From NCBI GenBank assembly GCA_964643955.1, contig CAZXUO010000003.1, forward strand, positions 19,865 to 83,864: a stretch of 64,000 nucleotides of DNA, given 5' to 3'. The notes below the pieces were generated by a model that worked only from the letters and a program-made list of their open reading frames with translations, was not told the origin of the DNA and searched no databases. Numbering within the stretch: the first letter of the stretch is position 1; the number at the start of each line of letters is the position of its first letter. Made by a program: the position numbers and the translations under genes. Below, in pieces: positions 26,610 to 35,178 of this stretch. This DNA is from an uncultured Candidatus Saccharibacteria bacterium. GTDB taxonomy: Bacteria > Patescibacteriota > Minisyncoccia > Phycocordibacterales > UBA918.

Positions 26610-27980
26610 ATGATCATAGGAAATATTGGTGCATTTTTACTCGCTCCGTTTATGATGACGTCCGCATTTACGGGAGTCAGTGTGGAGAGTCCGGCGTTCG
26701 ATCAGGCGATGGCGCGTGCGTCGTCGCACTGGGAACGTGTCATGGATGCTCCGCGATGGAGTAACTCATTCTTTAATCGCGTTGCACAGGCGCAGACTGA
26801 CGAAGACGAGCTTGCGGTAACTGAGATTGATCCGACTGAAGGTCCGACAGGAACGGAGGTCGTGCTTACTGGTGAAGGATTTACGGACGATAGTATCGTG
26901 CGCTTTGGAAAGGGTGCGATACATGATGTCGTGGTAAATGCGAGCGGTACGACACTCGCATTCACGGTTCCCGAATCGATGGGTAAGTATTGTCCGGACG
27001 GACGATTCTGTACGCAGATTGCGTACGAGGTGGAGCCGGGAGATTATCGTGTGCGCGTACAGGATGGCGACGAGACCAGTAATCGCGTTTGGTTTGAAGT
27101 AACTGAAGATGGTGGAAATGGTGATGGTGATCTTGCAATCGAAAAGATCGACGGACCAACTGCACTTGAGGTAGGTGCAGAGGGCACATGGACGGTTGAT
27201 GTTGCTGGAGATTTTGAAGGGAATCTCCAGTACTCGGTGAAGTGGGGAGATGAGGGCTTTAGTCCAATGCGTCTCCTGGGATTGTCTGATGATACACAGG
27301 CATCAGCAACCTTTACTCACACGTACAATGAGCCAGGTACGTACGCACCAGAGTTTACGGTGACAGACGAAGATGGAAATGAGGTGACAAAGGCAAGTGC
27401 GTCGGTCGTCGTCTCTCACGAGACTGATGTACATATTGCTTCCATTAATCCAGAAAAGGCAACGGTCGGTACCACGGTGACATTGACGGGTCATGGATTT
27501 GATTCTGATAGTACGGTCATGGTCGGCAGTACTACCGCCGAGGACATCATTGTCGAAGATGATGAAACCATCACCTTCACCGTTCCTAAGGTCTCGCTCG
27601 ACACTGAGCATATGGTCGTGGTGAAGAATGACGACGGAACAAGCAATACGATCGGCTTGATGGTGATAGCCGAGAAGGGTCGGGTGTCAGTCTCGGGTAT
27701 TGACGCACCAACGCGACTTCTTGTCGGCGAGGATGGCACATGGACGGTCGATGTGATGACAAATCTCTCGGGTAATTTGAGCTACTCAGTTGTCTGGGGG
27801 GATGAAGGTTCAAGTATGAGTGCACGAAGTGCGCTCAGCGAGAATACGCAGTCATCAGCGACATTCACTCATGCGTATGATGAAGCAGGTATTTATAAAC
27901 CAAAGTTCACGGTGATTGATGAGCAGGGCCATTCGGCAAGCGTGAGTGCATCAGTGGTTGTAACTGCAAATGATGAGTAA
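26610..27980 (+). CDS. Secreted protein with tandem (IPT/TIG-like + PKD) module duplication
   Basis: Two consecutive ~190-aa units, each with an IPT-like part ('GTEVVLTGEGF' / 'GTTVTLTGHGF') and a PKD part ('YSVKWGDEG…ATFTHTYNEPGTY' / 'YSVVWGDEG…ATFTHAYDEAGIY'). Confidence 0.6.
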   Translation: MIIGNIGAFLLAPFMMTSAFTGVSVESPAFDQAMARASSHWERVMDAPRWSNSFFNRVAQAQTDEDELAVTEIDPTEGPTGTEVVLTGEGFTDDSIVRFGKGAIHDVVVNASGTTLAFTVPESMGKYCPDGRFCTQIAYEVEPGDYRVRVQDGDETSNRVWFEVTEDGGNGDGDLAIEKIDGPTALEVGAEGTWTVDVAGDFEGNLQYSVKWGDEGFSPMRLLGLSDDTQASATFTHTYNEPGTYAPEFTVTDEDGNEVTKASASVVVSHETDVHIASINPEKATVGTTVTLTGHGFDSDSTVMVGSTTAEDIIVEDDETITFTVPKVSLDTEHMVVVKNDDGTSNTIGLMVIAEKGRVSVSGIDAPTRLLVGEDGTWTVDVMTNLSGNLSYSVVWGDEGSSMSARSALSENTQSSATFTHAYDEAGIYKPKFTVIDEQGHSASVSASVVVTANDE

Positions 27981-28021
27981 GATGACGCGATGGTGTAGTT
28001 GTGCTGGGATGTAGTGAGATG

Positions 28022-28060
28022 GAAACCACCCGCAAAGCCTTTGGCTTTGCGGGTGGTTTC
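28022..28060 (+). terminator. Strong hairpin terminator (18-bp perfect stem)
   Basis: gaaaccacccgcaaagcc-tt-tggctttgcgggtggtttc. Confidence 0.6.
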
Positions 28061-28118
28061 GTCTATGGAGAGTCTGCATCTTCATCCTGCCCTCACGATT
28101 TTTTGCTATACTGCGCAT

Positions 28119-28652
28119 ATGAATTATCTTCTTGGGCTCGCTGTTGTTATTTTTGCGGTTACTGGCGTTTTCTTTTTTACCCGAGATGAGAATACAAATC
28201 TGATTTCTCCAGAGACTCAGTCTCAAGAATACGAGCAAGGAGAAGAGAGGGCGGAGACAGTCGAGACATCTGATGATACAAAACTCGACTTAAGTGGGCA
28301 GGGTCTCACGAGCGTTTCGCGCTCAGTATTTGATCGGACCGATATCGAAGTACTCGATCTCTCGGATAATGAACTGAGCGGCGCCTTGCAGGGGGAGGTA
28401 CGTTTTCTCAAAAATCTCCACACACTTGATCTTAGCGATAACAATTTTACGGGCGTTCCTGCTGAGGTCGGACAATTGTCTCGTCTTGAGATTCTTGATC
28501 TCTCAAACAATCCACTGACGGGATTGCCGAATGAAATAGGAAATTTGAAAAATCTCAAGGTCCTCGACTTACGCGGTACGTCATATTCAACGCAAGATCT
28601 TGAAGTTATTCGGCAAGGTCTCTCGTCGGGCGTAGATATTCGAGTTGATTAA
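28119..28652 (+). CDS. Membrane-anchored leucine-rich-repeat (LRR) protein
   Basis: N-terminal TM, then LxxLxLxxNxL repeats ('LDLSDNELSG', 'LDLSDNNFTG', 'LDLSNNPLTG', 'LKVLDLRG'). Start chosen at the ATG that follows the TGCTATACT-gcgcat motif. Confidence 0.7.
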   Translation: MNYLLGLAVVIFAVTGVFFFTRDENTNLISPETQSQEYEQGEERAETVETSDDTKLDLSGQGLTSVSRSVFDRTDIEVLDLSDNELSGALQGEVRFLKNLHTLDLSDNNFTGVPAEVGQLSRLEILDLSNNPLTGLPNEIGNLKNLKVLDLRGTSYSTQDLEVIRQGLSSGVDIRVD

Positions 28653-28675
28653 TTACGAAACGAAATATATCCACT

Positions 28676-29584
28676 ATGCAAAAAATCATTCCACATCTTT
28701 GGTTCGACACCGAGGCAAAGGAAGCTGCGGAGTTTTATGTTTCAATCTTCCCAACATCACGCATCACCCATGTGTCGACGCTCCATGACACGCCATCGGG
28801 AGATGCTGACGTTGTTTCTTTTGAGCTCGCCGGCTTCACCTTTATGTCGATCAGTGCGGGACCGTACTTTAAGATAAACCCAGCACTATCTTTTATGGTA
28901 AATTTTGATCCATCAAAAGATAGTGATGCGGAAGCACGGCTCGATACGCTATGGGGCGCGCTCTCGGAGGGCGGCAAAGTACTGATGCCGCTCGATACAT
29001 ATCCGTTTAGTAAAAAGTATGGATGGGTCGAAGATAAGTACGGCGTCTCATGGCAGCTCATTCTCACAAACCCCGATGGCGAGGAACGCCCGTTCATTAT
29101 TCCGTCAATGCTTTTCACAAACGATGTATGTGGCAAGGCGAAAGAAGCAACTGATTTCTACCTTTCAGTTTTTAAGGATACAAAGCGCGGGGCGCTCGCG
29201 CGCTATCCTGCCGGAATGGAGCCGGATAAAGAAGATACGGTGATGTTTACGGATTTCCAGCTTGAGGGACAGTGGTTTGCTGCAATGGACAGCGCACGCT
29301 CACACGATTTCTTTTTTAACGAAGCGATTTCATTTATCGTAAAGTGCGATACGCAGGATGAGATTGATTACTATTGGGAAAAGCTCTCAGCTGTTCCTGA
29401 GGCGGAGCAGTGTGGTTGGCTGAAAGACAAGTATGGCCTTTCGTGGCAGATCACTCCCGCAAGGATGGATGAGATGATGCGCGACGGTACGCCCGAGCAG
29501 ATCAGTCGTGTCACGCAGGCATTTTTGCAAATGAAGAAGTTTGATCTCGCGACACTTGAGCGCGCGTACCGTGGGGAATCCTGA
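28676..29584 (+). CDS. Tandem-duplicated PhnB-like / VOC (glyoxalase-bleomycin-resistance fold) protein
   Basis: Two homologous halves ('IIPHLWFDTEAKEAAEFYVSIF…' and 'IIPSMLFTNDVCGKAKEATDFYLSVF…'), each matching the 3-demethylubiquinone-9-methyltransferase-like/PhnB family. Confidence 0.6.
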   Translation: MQKIIPHLWFDTEAKEAAEFYVSIFPTSRITHVSTLHDTPSGDADVVSFELAGFTFMSISAGPYFKINPALSFMVNFDPSKDSDAEARLDTLWGALSEGGKVLMPLDTYPFSKKYGWVEDKYGVSWQLILTNPDGEERPFIIPSMLFTNDVCGKAKEATDFYLSVFKDTKRGALARYPAGMEPDKEDTVMFTDFQLEGQWFAAMDSARSHDFFFNEAISFIVKCDTQDEIDYYWEKLSAVPEAEQCGWLKDKYGLSWQITPARMDEMMRDGTPEQISRVTQAFLQMKKFDLATLERAYRGES

Positions 29585-29617
29585 TGAGCTGAGGACGGGC
29601 TGTGGTAGTCTGAGAAG

Positions 29618-29908
29618 ATGCGAGTGAAGAAGATCGTCCATCGACATTTTATTGATAGGGTCGCACTCATTAATGCGTTCGTGAGTGCGTTTGCGCTCTA
29701 CCCACAGCTTTTTGTGCTGCTTACCAATGTGCATGTTGATACGAAAAGTTTTTCGATGGTCTCCTTTATACTCATATTTACAAGTAGTATCTTGTGGCTT
29801 TGGTACGGTGTGCACCAGCGTGTCGTCCCACTCATCGTCTCATCGTTACTAAATGCGGGTGCTGCTGGCGGCATCATCCTGCTACTTCTATTTCATCGCA
29901 TGTTCTAA
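29618..29908 (+). CDS. Small 3-TM PQ-loop protein (SemiSWEET-like transporter)
   Basis: 96 aa with three hydrophobic helices and a 'YPQLF' PQ motif in helix 1. Confidence 0.45.
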   Translation: MRVKKIVHRHFIDRVALINAFVSAFALYPQLFVLLTNVHVDTKSFSMVSFILIFTSSILWLWYGVHQRVVPLIVSSLLNAGAAGGIILLLLFHRMF

Positions 29909-29910
29909 TA

Positions 29911-30567
29911 TCAAGCAAGAACTCTCTTAAGCTTTTCAATATCGGGGATGTGGATGATTTTGTTTGAGACTTTGATGATTCTCTTTTTGATGAATATGCG
30001 CATGATAGTGTTGGTGCTTTCCCGTGTCATATGGAGGAAGTTTGCGATGGTGGTTTGTGTGAGTGGTATGTAGATGTGGCACCCATTCTTTACTTCAGTG
30101 CCGTAATGCTTTGCCATAAAGAGAAGCCATCGAGCAAATTTGCGCTCGATGCCATTTTCGCCTTGGTAGATGATGCGTTCGATAAGATAGATGCGACTTC
30201 GCAATACCATGTCGAGGTATTCTTGCGCGAACTCCGGATCACGCCCGAGGTGCATAAAAAAGTCAGACCGCTTGACCCGATAGAGCGACACTGCTGTCTC
30301 TGCGGTGTACTCGAGTTTGCCGCCTTCGTCGCCAAAAAAAGATCCGCTCTGCGCGAAGGTTGTACCGGGACGGAAGAATCCGATGATGCGAGTAGTACCG
30401 TCCGAGAGGGTAAATGAGGAGCGTACATACCCTGACACAAGGAAGTACACCCATGGATATTGTTCGGCAGGCCAGACGAGAAGCTGGTCTTTTTTGTACC
30501 ACAGGAGTTCTCCGTGTTTCTTGAAAAATGTCTCGTGTACGTGGGAGTACTTGTAGAGAAGCGGCAT
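29911..30567 (-). CDS. Crp/Fnr-family transcriptional regulator
   Basis: cNMP-binding beta-roll (N-terminal half) and C-terminal HTH 'LTQTTIANFLHMTRESTNTIMRIF'; 218 aa. Confidence 0.75.
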   Translation of the reverse strand: MPLLYKYSHVHETFFKKHGELLWYKKDQLLVWPAEQYPWVYFLVSGYVRSSFTLSDGTTRIIGFFRPGTTFAQSGSFFGDEGGKLEYTAETAVSLYRVKRSDFFMHLGRDPEFAQEYLDMVLRSRIYLIERIIYQGENGIERKFARWLLFMAKHYGTEVKNGCHIYIPLTQTTIANFLHMTRESTNTIMRIFIKKRIIKVSNKIIHIPDIEKLKRVLA

Positions 30568-30645
30568 ACCGGTGGATAAGTTTCCACTACTATATCATTT
30601 TGTGAAATAAGTCACAGTATTTATATGGGTTTTTTTATACCGTTA

Positions 30646-30661
30646 GAGCACCTAGGTGCTC
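30646..30661. promoter_or_regulatory. Perfect 16-bp palindrome GAGCACCTAGGTGCTC in the divergent intergenic region
   Basis: Lies between the crp/fnr-family gene (−) and the surface-protein gene (+), 15 nt upstream of the latter's ATG. Confidence 0.3.
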
Positions 30662-30675
30662 GATAATGGATACAT

Positions 30676-32307
30676 ATGCGGGACGTATATGTGCCACTTT
30701 TTTTGCGTACCGGAATTTTTATTTTGGTTTTATTGGCCGCGCTTTCTTTGTGGATACCTTCGGTTTATGCAACGACTGTTTTGAGTAACATTGGTGAGAC
30801 GAATGATAAATCGACAACTTCTGTTCGAAGCAATGTGTGGAAGGCGTGGAAATTTACTGCAGGAGGTCCGGCGACAATAACAAGTGTCACTATGGCAGTC
30901 GATCTCGTCCAGTCTGTTACCGGACTTGATATTAAATTTTACAACGATAATAACGGCAATCTTGGCACGCAGATTGGTGGCTATCTTGACTACACCTCGA
31001 CAAATACTGATGCAAGTCAGGCAACATATGGAACACTTGTAGGAAACAGTATTGTCATTCCGAGTGCTGGCTCGTACTGGATTGGTCTGGTACCACCTTC
31101 GTCAGCAAATATTTATTTGAAATTGACATCTTCTACGAATGAGACCGGTATTGCGGGATGGGAGATGTTTTTAGGAAACAATGGTTTTGTTTCATTTTAT
31201 TCTGGACAGTTTTATAACAACACGGCAACAATTGGTACTCTTATGTTAACGATGTCAGGCGATACTACTGATGAGACTGCCCCGACGATCAGTACACTTT
31301 CGCCTGCGGATGGTGCGACGACAACTGCAACCACGGCGAACCTCGTTATGACGTTTAGTGAAGCAGTTGATGCGGAGACGGGTAATATCACCATCAAAAA
31401 GGGAAGCGACAACAGCACCATTGAGACAATTGCTGTGACGAGTGGTCAAGTGACGGGAAGTGGTACGGCAACAATTACCATAAATCCATCGAGTAATCTT
31501 TTAGAGAATACTGCGTACTATGTACAGGTAGACGCAACTGCATTTGATGATGCTGCGGGTAATAGCTATGCCGGTATCTCAAATACGACCTCATGGAATT
31601 TTACGACGGCAGATGCTTCAGGTGGTACGACACAAGGTTGGTCGCGACCACCATCGCCAAGAATTGAGGTTTCTTTAAAAGATGCTACGTCAGTGATAGT
31701 AGCTGGTTCGCTTACAGATAGTAGTGTGCGTGTAAATGAAATGGGCTTTGAATATTGGCGAACAAAGAAGAATCCTGAAAAGATAGTACTCTCGGGGACG
31801 CCGCGCTCATACCGATACACTGTTCGAGATCTTTTGTGTGGTACAACATATACTCTTCGTGGGTTTACCAAAAATATAACAGGTACTACCTATACTGATG
31901 AGGTGACATTTGAGACAGAAGATTGTGAGGCAGAGGAAGACAATTCTAAAGACGACGAAAGTATGTCAGAAGATGAAGATGTGACGGATACTGAGGATTC
32001 AGTTTTCATGACGCCGTCAGTCTCACTTCAGTCGTCGACGTATGAATCACTTGATGAGCGCGATCTCTTTTTAGAGGCTGAGGGTGAGGATGTGCGTGTG
32101 CTTCAGTTATTCTTAATAGAGCAAACCGTCGGTCCTGCCGCACGTGAGCTTGCACGTGTTGGTGCGACTGGATATTTTGGTACGTACACACAAAATGCGC
32201 TTGGTGAATTTCAAAAAGCTAATGGAATTGTGCCGCATGCGGGATATTTTGGTCCCATCACTCGCTTGTTTATAAAAAATATGAGCAGCCTCTCATTTGG
32301 TTCTTGA
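30676..32307 (+). CDS. Secreted surface protein: Ig-like (Big_5-type) domain, FN3-like domain, acidic linker, C-terminal PG_binding_1
   Basis: Signal/TM 'GIFILVLLAALSLWIPSVYA'. 'APTISTLSPADGATTTATTANLVMTFSEAVD…YYVQVDATAFDDAAGN' is Ig-like. The C-terminus 'GEDVRVLQLFL…NALGEFQKANGI' is peptidoglycan-binding-like. Confidence 0.6.
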   Translation: MRDVYVPLFLRTGIFILVLLAALSLWIPSVYATTVLSNIGETNDKSTTSVRSNVWKAWKFTAGGPATITSVTMAVDLVQSVTGLDIKFYNDNNGNLGTQIGGYLDYTSTNTDASQATYGTLVGNSIVIPSAGSYWIGLVPPSSANIYLKLTSSTNETGIAGWEMFLGNNGFVSFYSGQFYNNTATIGTLMLTMSGDTTDETAPTISTLSPADGATTTATTANLVMTFSEAVDAETGNITIKKGSDNSTIETIAVTSGQVTGSGTATITINPSSNLLENTAYYVQVDATAFDDAAGNSYAGISNTTSWNFTTADASGGTTQGWSRPPSPRIEVSLKDATSVIVAGSLTDSSVRVNEMGFEYWRTKKNPEKIVLSGTPRSYRYTVRDLLCGTTYTLRGFTKNITGTTYTDEVTFETEDCEAEEDNSKDDESMSEDEDVTDTEDSVFMTPSVSLQSSTYESLDERDLFLEAEGEDVRVLQLFLIEQTVGPAARELARVGATGYFGTYTQNALGEFQKANGIVPHAGYFGPITRLFIKNMSSLSFGS

Positions 32308-32363
32308 TTATTATGTGGAGTGCTGAGCTGACGTCGTGTAGTGGGAGGTGAGATACTAGAGAA

Positions 32364-32918
32364 GTGAGAAAGAAGAGTCGTCAGAAAAAATGGGCGTATC
32401 AGAATACGATACTTTTGTTATTGTCGCTTACGGCACTTTTTATACTTGCTGATTCCGCACCTGTACAGAAACTCCTTCATGATGTCTCTTCGTACGGATA
32501 TCTCGGCACGTTTATAGCGGGTATATTTTTCGTTTCGACGTTTACGATTGCGCCCGCGTCGCTTGTTCTACTGCATCTTGCTGACAGTCAGCCACTTGCG
32601 ATACTCGCGCTTGTCGCAGGATTGGGCGGTATGATCGGAGATTTACTCATTTTCCGCTTCTTCAAGGATCAGATTTTTTCGGAGCTTGCGCCGCTTTTCT
32701 CACGGATCACTGGGAAGGGCGTGTGGTGTCTGGCATGCAGTCCGTATTTCAGCTGGCTCATGCCGGTCTTCGGAGCGCTCATTATCGTCTCACCATTTCC
32801 TGACGAGATTGGTGTCGGCTTGATGGGGGTGAGCAAGATAAAGACCTGGCAGTTTATGGCGCTCACGTTTGTCCTCAATGTCTTTGGAGTGCTCCTCATT
32901 ATCTTTCTATTTCGATAG
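32364..32918 (+). CDS. Integral membrane protein (GTG start)
   Basis: Four to five TM helices; GGAGGTGA lies ~15 nt upstream. No motif recognised. Confidence 0.4.
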   Translation: MRKKSRQKKWAYQNTILLLLSLTALFILADSAPVQKLLHDVSSYGYLGTFIAGIFFVSTFTIAPASLVLLHLADSQPLAILALVAGLGGMIGDLLIFRFFKDQIFSELAPLFSRITGKGVWCLACSPYFSWLMPVFGALIIVSPFPDEIGVGLMGVSKIKTWQFMALTFVLNVFGVLLIIFLFR

Positions 32919-33000
32919 TCAACAAAGTCGAGAAAAAACGCTATAATCAAGAGTAATTCACTTGATTGTGTGATTATTTTAACTGTAATTTAGTCTGCTC

Positions 33001-33438
33001 ATGGAGGATTATTTTTTAGTGAATGAAGCGAAGGTGGTGAGTCAGACTCTTGAGGGAGAGGCGATCGTGATCAATCTCGAAAAAGGAAACTACTACAGTT
33101 TCAACGTGACTGGCTCAGAAATATGGGACCTCATGGTTGCTGGGCATGCGCTGCATGCCATCGAGCAATATATCTCTGATCGGTACAATGTCTCACTTGA
33201 GCAGGCAGAGGAGGATGTGCGCGCGTTTGTGACGTCTTTGGAACAGGAGGATCTCGTCACACGTACAGAGAAAGGTGAGACAGCGCATTCTGCGCCGACA
33301 GTGACAAAAGCAACAGAACAATTCGTACGCCCTTCGTTTGAACGATACGACGATATGCAAGAAATGCTGCTCGCCGATCCAATCCACGATGTGGGCGAGG
33401 CTGGGTGGCCTGTTCTCAAAAAAGAAGAAGCGGTATGA
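33001..33438 (+). CDS. PqqD-family RiPP-recognition-element (peptide chaperone) protein with a ~55-aa C-terminal extension
   Basis: 'VSQTLEGEAIVINLEKGNYYSFNVTGSEIWDLMVAGHALHAIEQYISDRYNVSLEQAEEDVRAFVTSLEQEDLV' fits the PqqD/RRE profile. The stop overlaps the next start (ATGA). Confidence 0.7.
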   Translation: MEDYFLVNEAKVVSQTLEGEAIVINLEKGNYYSFNVTGSEIWDLMVAGHALHAIEQYISDRYNVSLEQAEEDVRAFVTSLEQEDLVTRTEKGETAHSAPTVTKATEQFVRPSFERYDDMQEMLLADPIHDVGEAGWPVLKKEEAV

Positions 33439-34094
33439 GTGATCTACCACGCATCTCTGTAGTCACTCCGGTATTTAACGGAGTCAGGTACATTGAAGCA
33501 ACCGTCCACTCAGTGCTCGAACAGGGGTATCCCAACCTCGAGTACATTCTCGTTGATGATGGTTCAACTGATGCGACTCGTGAAGTCCTTGCACAATTTG
33601 GCGACGCTGTGCGTGTGATTGTTCAGAAAAATACAGGACATGTCATTGCTCGAAACGTAGGGCTGCGCGCTGCAACAGGAAGCATAATCTCGTTTATTGA
33701 TCAGGATGATGTGTGGCCGCATGGTCGGCTCGAGAAAATGCTCCCGTTCATAATGAGTGGGGAATACGATTATGTTCGAGGGAAGACACTTTTGTTTGGA
33801 GATTATATTGAAAAAGATCTACCGATTCATCGTTATCCGATCATTGGCGCGTGTCTGTATCGAAGTGAGATATTTCAAAGTATCGGTCTTTTTGATGAAG
33901 GGATGGATGCGGGAGAGGATTTCGACTGGAATGTTCGTCTGGGAGAATCAACATTTCGCGAAAAACGGATTGACGATGTGACGCTCTTGTACCGCCAGCA
34001 TGATACAAATCTGTCTCACACGGATGGTTTTCTTGCGCGCGGACAGTTTGATACGCTCCGGAAAAAATTGAAGCGCGCACGTACACACATATAA
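33435..34094 (+). CDS. Family 2 glycosyltransferase
   Basis: 'ISVVTPVFNGVRYIEATVHSVLEQGYPNLEYILVDDGSTD' and a 'DQDD' DxD motif. Confidence 0.8.
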   Translation: MSDLPRISVVTPVFNGVRYIEATVHSVLEQGYPNLEYILVDDGSTDATREVLAQFGDAVRVIVQKNTGHVIARNVGLRAATGSIISFIDQDDVWPHGRLEKMLPFIMSGEYDYVRGKTLLFGDYIEKDLPIHRYPIIGACLYRSEIFQSIGLFDEGMDAGEDFDWNVRLGESTFREKRIDDVTLLYRQHDTNLSHTDGFLARGQFDTLRKKLKRARTHI

Positions 34095-34107
34095 CTATCC
34101 AGCAGCC

Positions 34108-35178
34108 ATGAACTCGCAATTACCAACTAGAAACTTTCTCGGAATTTCTGCATCATATTTTGAAAAAGAATTTTTGCCAACATTCACGAGAGTGTCTGCA
34201 CGCACGTCGCCGCAGGAGGTCCAGTACGAGATTGCAGGAGTGAAGATATCTTTGCGATTTTTTTGCGAGCAACTTGCAGAGCGGCTCATGCCGGCATTCG
34301 CTCATTTGCCGAAATTCTCGGGGGCGCCGGACATTGTTGTTAATCTTGTAGACGGATCGATCATGCCGCTTATGCCTCCGTGGTCGCGCGCAGATTTTTT
34401 ACAAAGTGGTGCAGATGTTTCTCTAAACCGTTCTTCATTTCGCGGAGTGTACATAAGTGGGGAGGAATCTTTGAACTTCTATGATGCTGAATCCAGAGTT
34501 GCGTATTTTTGGACAAATGACGTTGGTGCACTGCCGGGTTGGGTTGTTGGCGCGCCGCTTCGAGCAATTTTGCATTGGGTGTTATCTTCTCGAGATATAC
34601 AACTAGTCCACGCGGCTGCAGTCGGACGTGGTGATGAGACGGTGCTTTTAACGGCGAAGAGTGGGTCGGGAAAATCAACAACAGCTCTCTCGTGCGTACT
34701 CTCAGGCATGACTTACTTGGGGGATGATTATGTCGGAGTCACTGCGGGTGCGAATGATTTGGTGGCACATAGCTTGTATGATTCAGCGAAGATGACTCCG
34801 AACACGCAAAAGATGTTTCCTGAGTATGCAGAAGGTGTTGTCACGGTCCCGTCAGTAGATGATCGGAAATCAGTCGTGTACCTCTCTCAGATTTTTCCTG
34901 AACGAGTACGAACGGTATCCAGTGTGCGCGCTATTTTAATACCGAGTATTGATTCTGCCGCGGAAGCGTCGTTTCTCATTCCCGCACGAAAGCATGAAGC
35001 ACTTCGTGCGCTTGCTCCGACCGTGCTTTTTCAGCTGCCCGGGGCAGGCACTATGCTCCTCGGTCGACTCGCTGAAATCGTTTCGTGCGTGCCGTCGTAC
35101 CATCTGCGACTCGGCTCTGATGTGCGCGCAATCCCGAGCGTGATCGATACTGTTTTTTCTTACCATCGCTCGATATGA
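34108..35178 (+). CDS. HPr-kinase-related P-loop kinase (HprK C-terminal-domain-like; 'HprK-related kinase A'-type)
   Basis: 'VLLTAKSGSGKSTTALSCVLSGMTYLGDDYV' parallels the HprK/P P-loop plus 'ADD' segment. The N-terminal ~200 aa are unrelated to HprK. The stop overlaps the ABC start. Confidence 0.6.
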   Translation: MNSQLPTRNFLGISASYFEKEFLPTFTRVSARTSPQEVQYEIAGVKISLRFFCEQLAERLMPAFAHLPKFSGAPDIVVNLVDGSIMPLMPPWSRADFLQSGADVSLNRSSFRGVYISGEESLNFYDAESRVAYFWTNDVGALPGWVVGAPLRAILHWVLSSRDIQLVHAAAVGRGDETVLLTAKSGSGKSTTALSCVLSGMTYLGDDYVGVTAGANDLVAHSLYDSAKMTPNTQKMFPEYAEGVVTVPSVDDRKSVVYLSQIFPERVRTVSSVRAILIPSIDSAAEASFLIPARKHEALRALAPTVLFQLPGAGTMLLGRLAEIVSCVPSYHLRLGSDVRAIPSVIDTVFSYHRSI

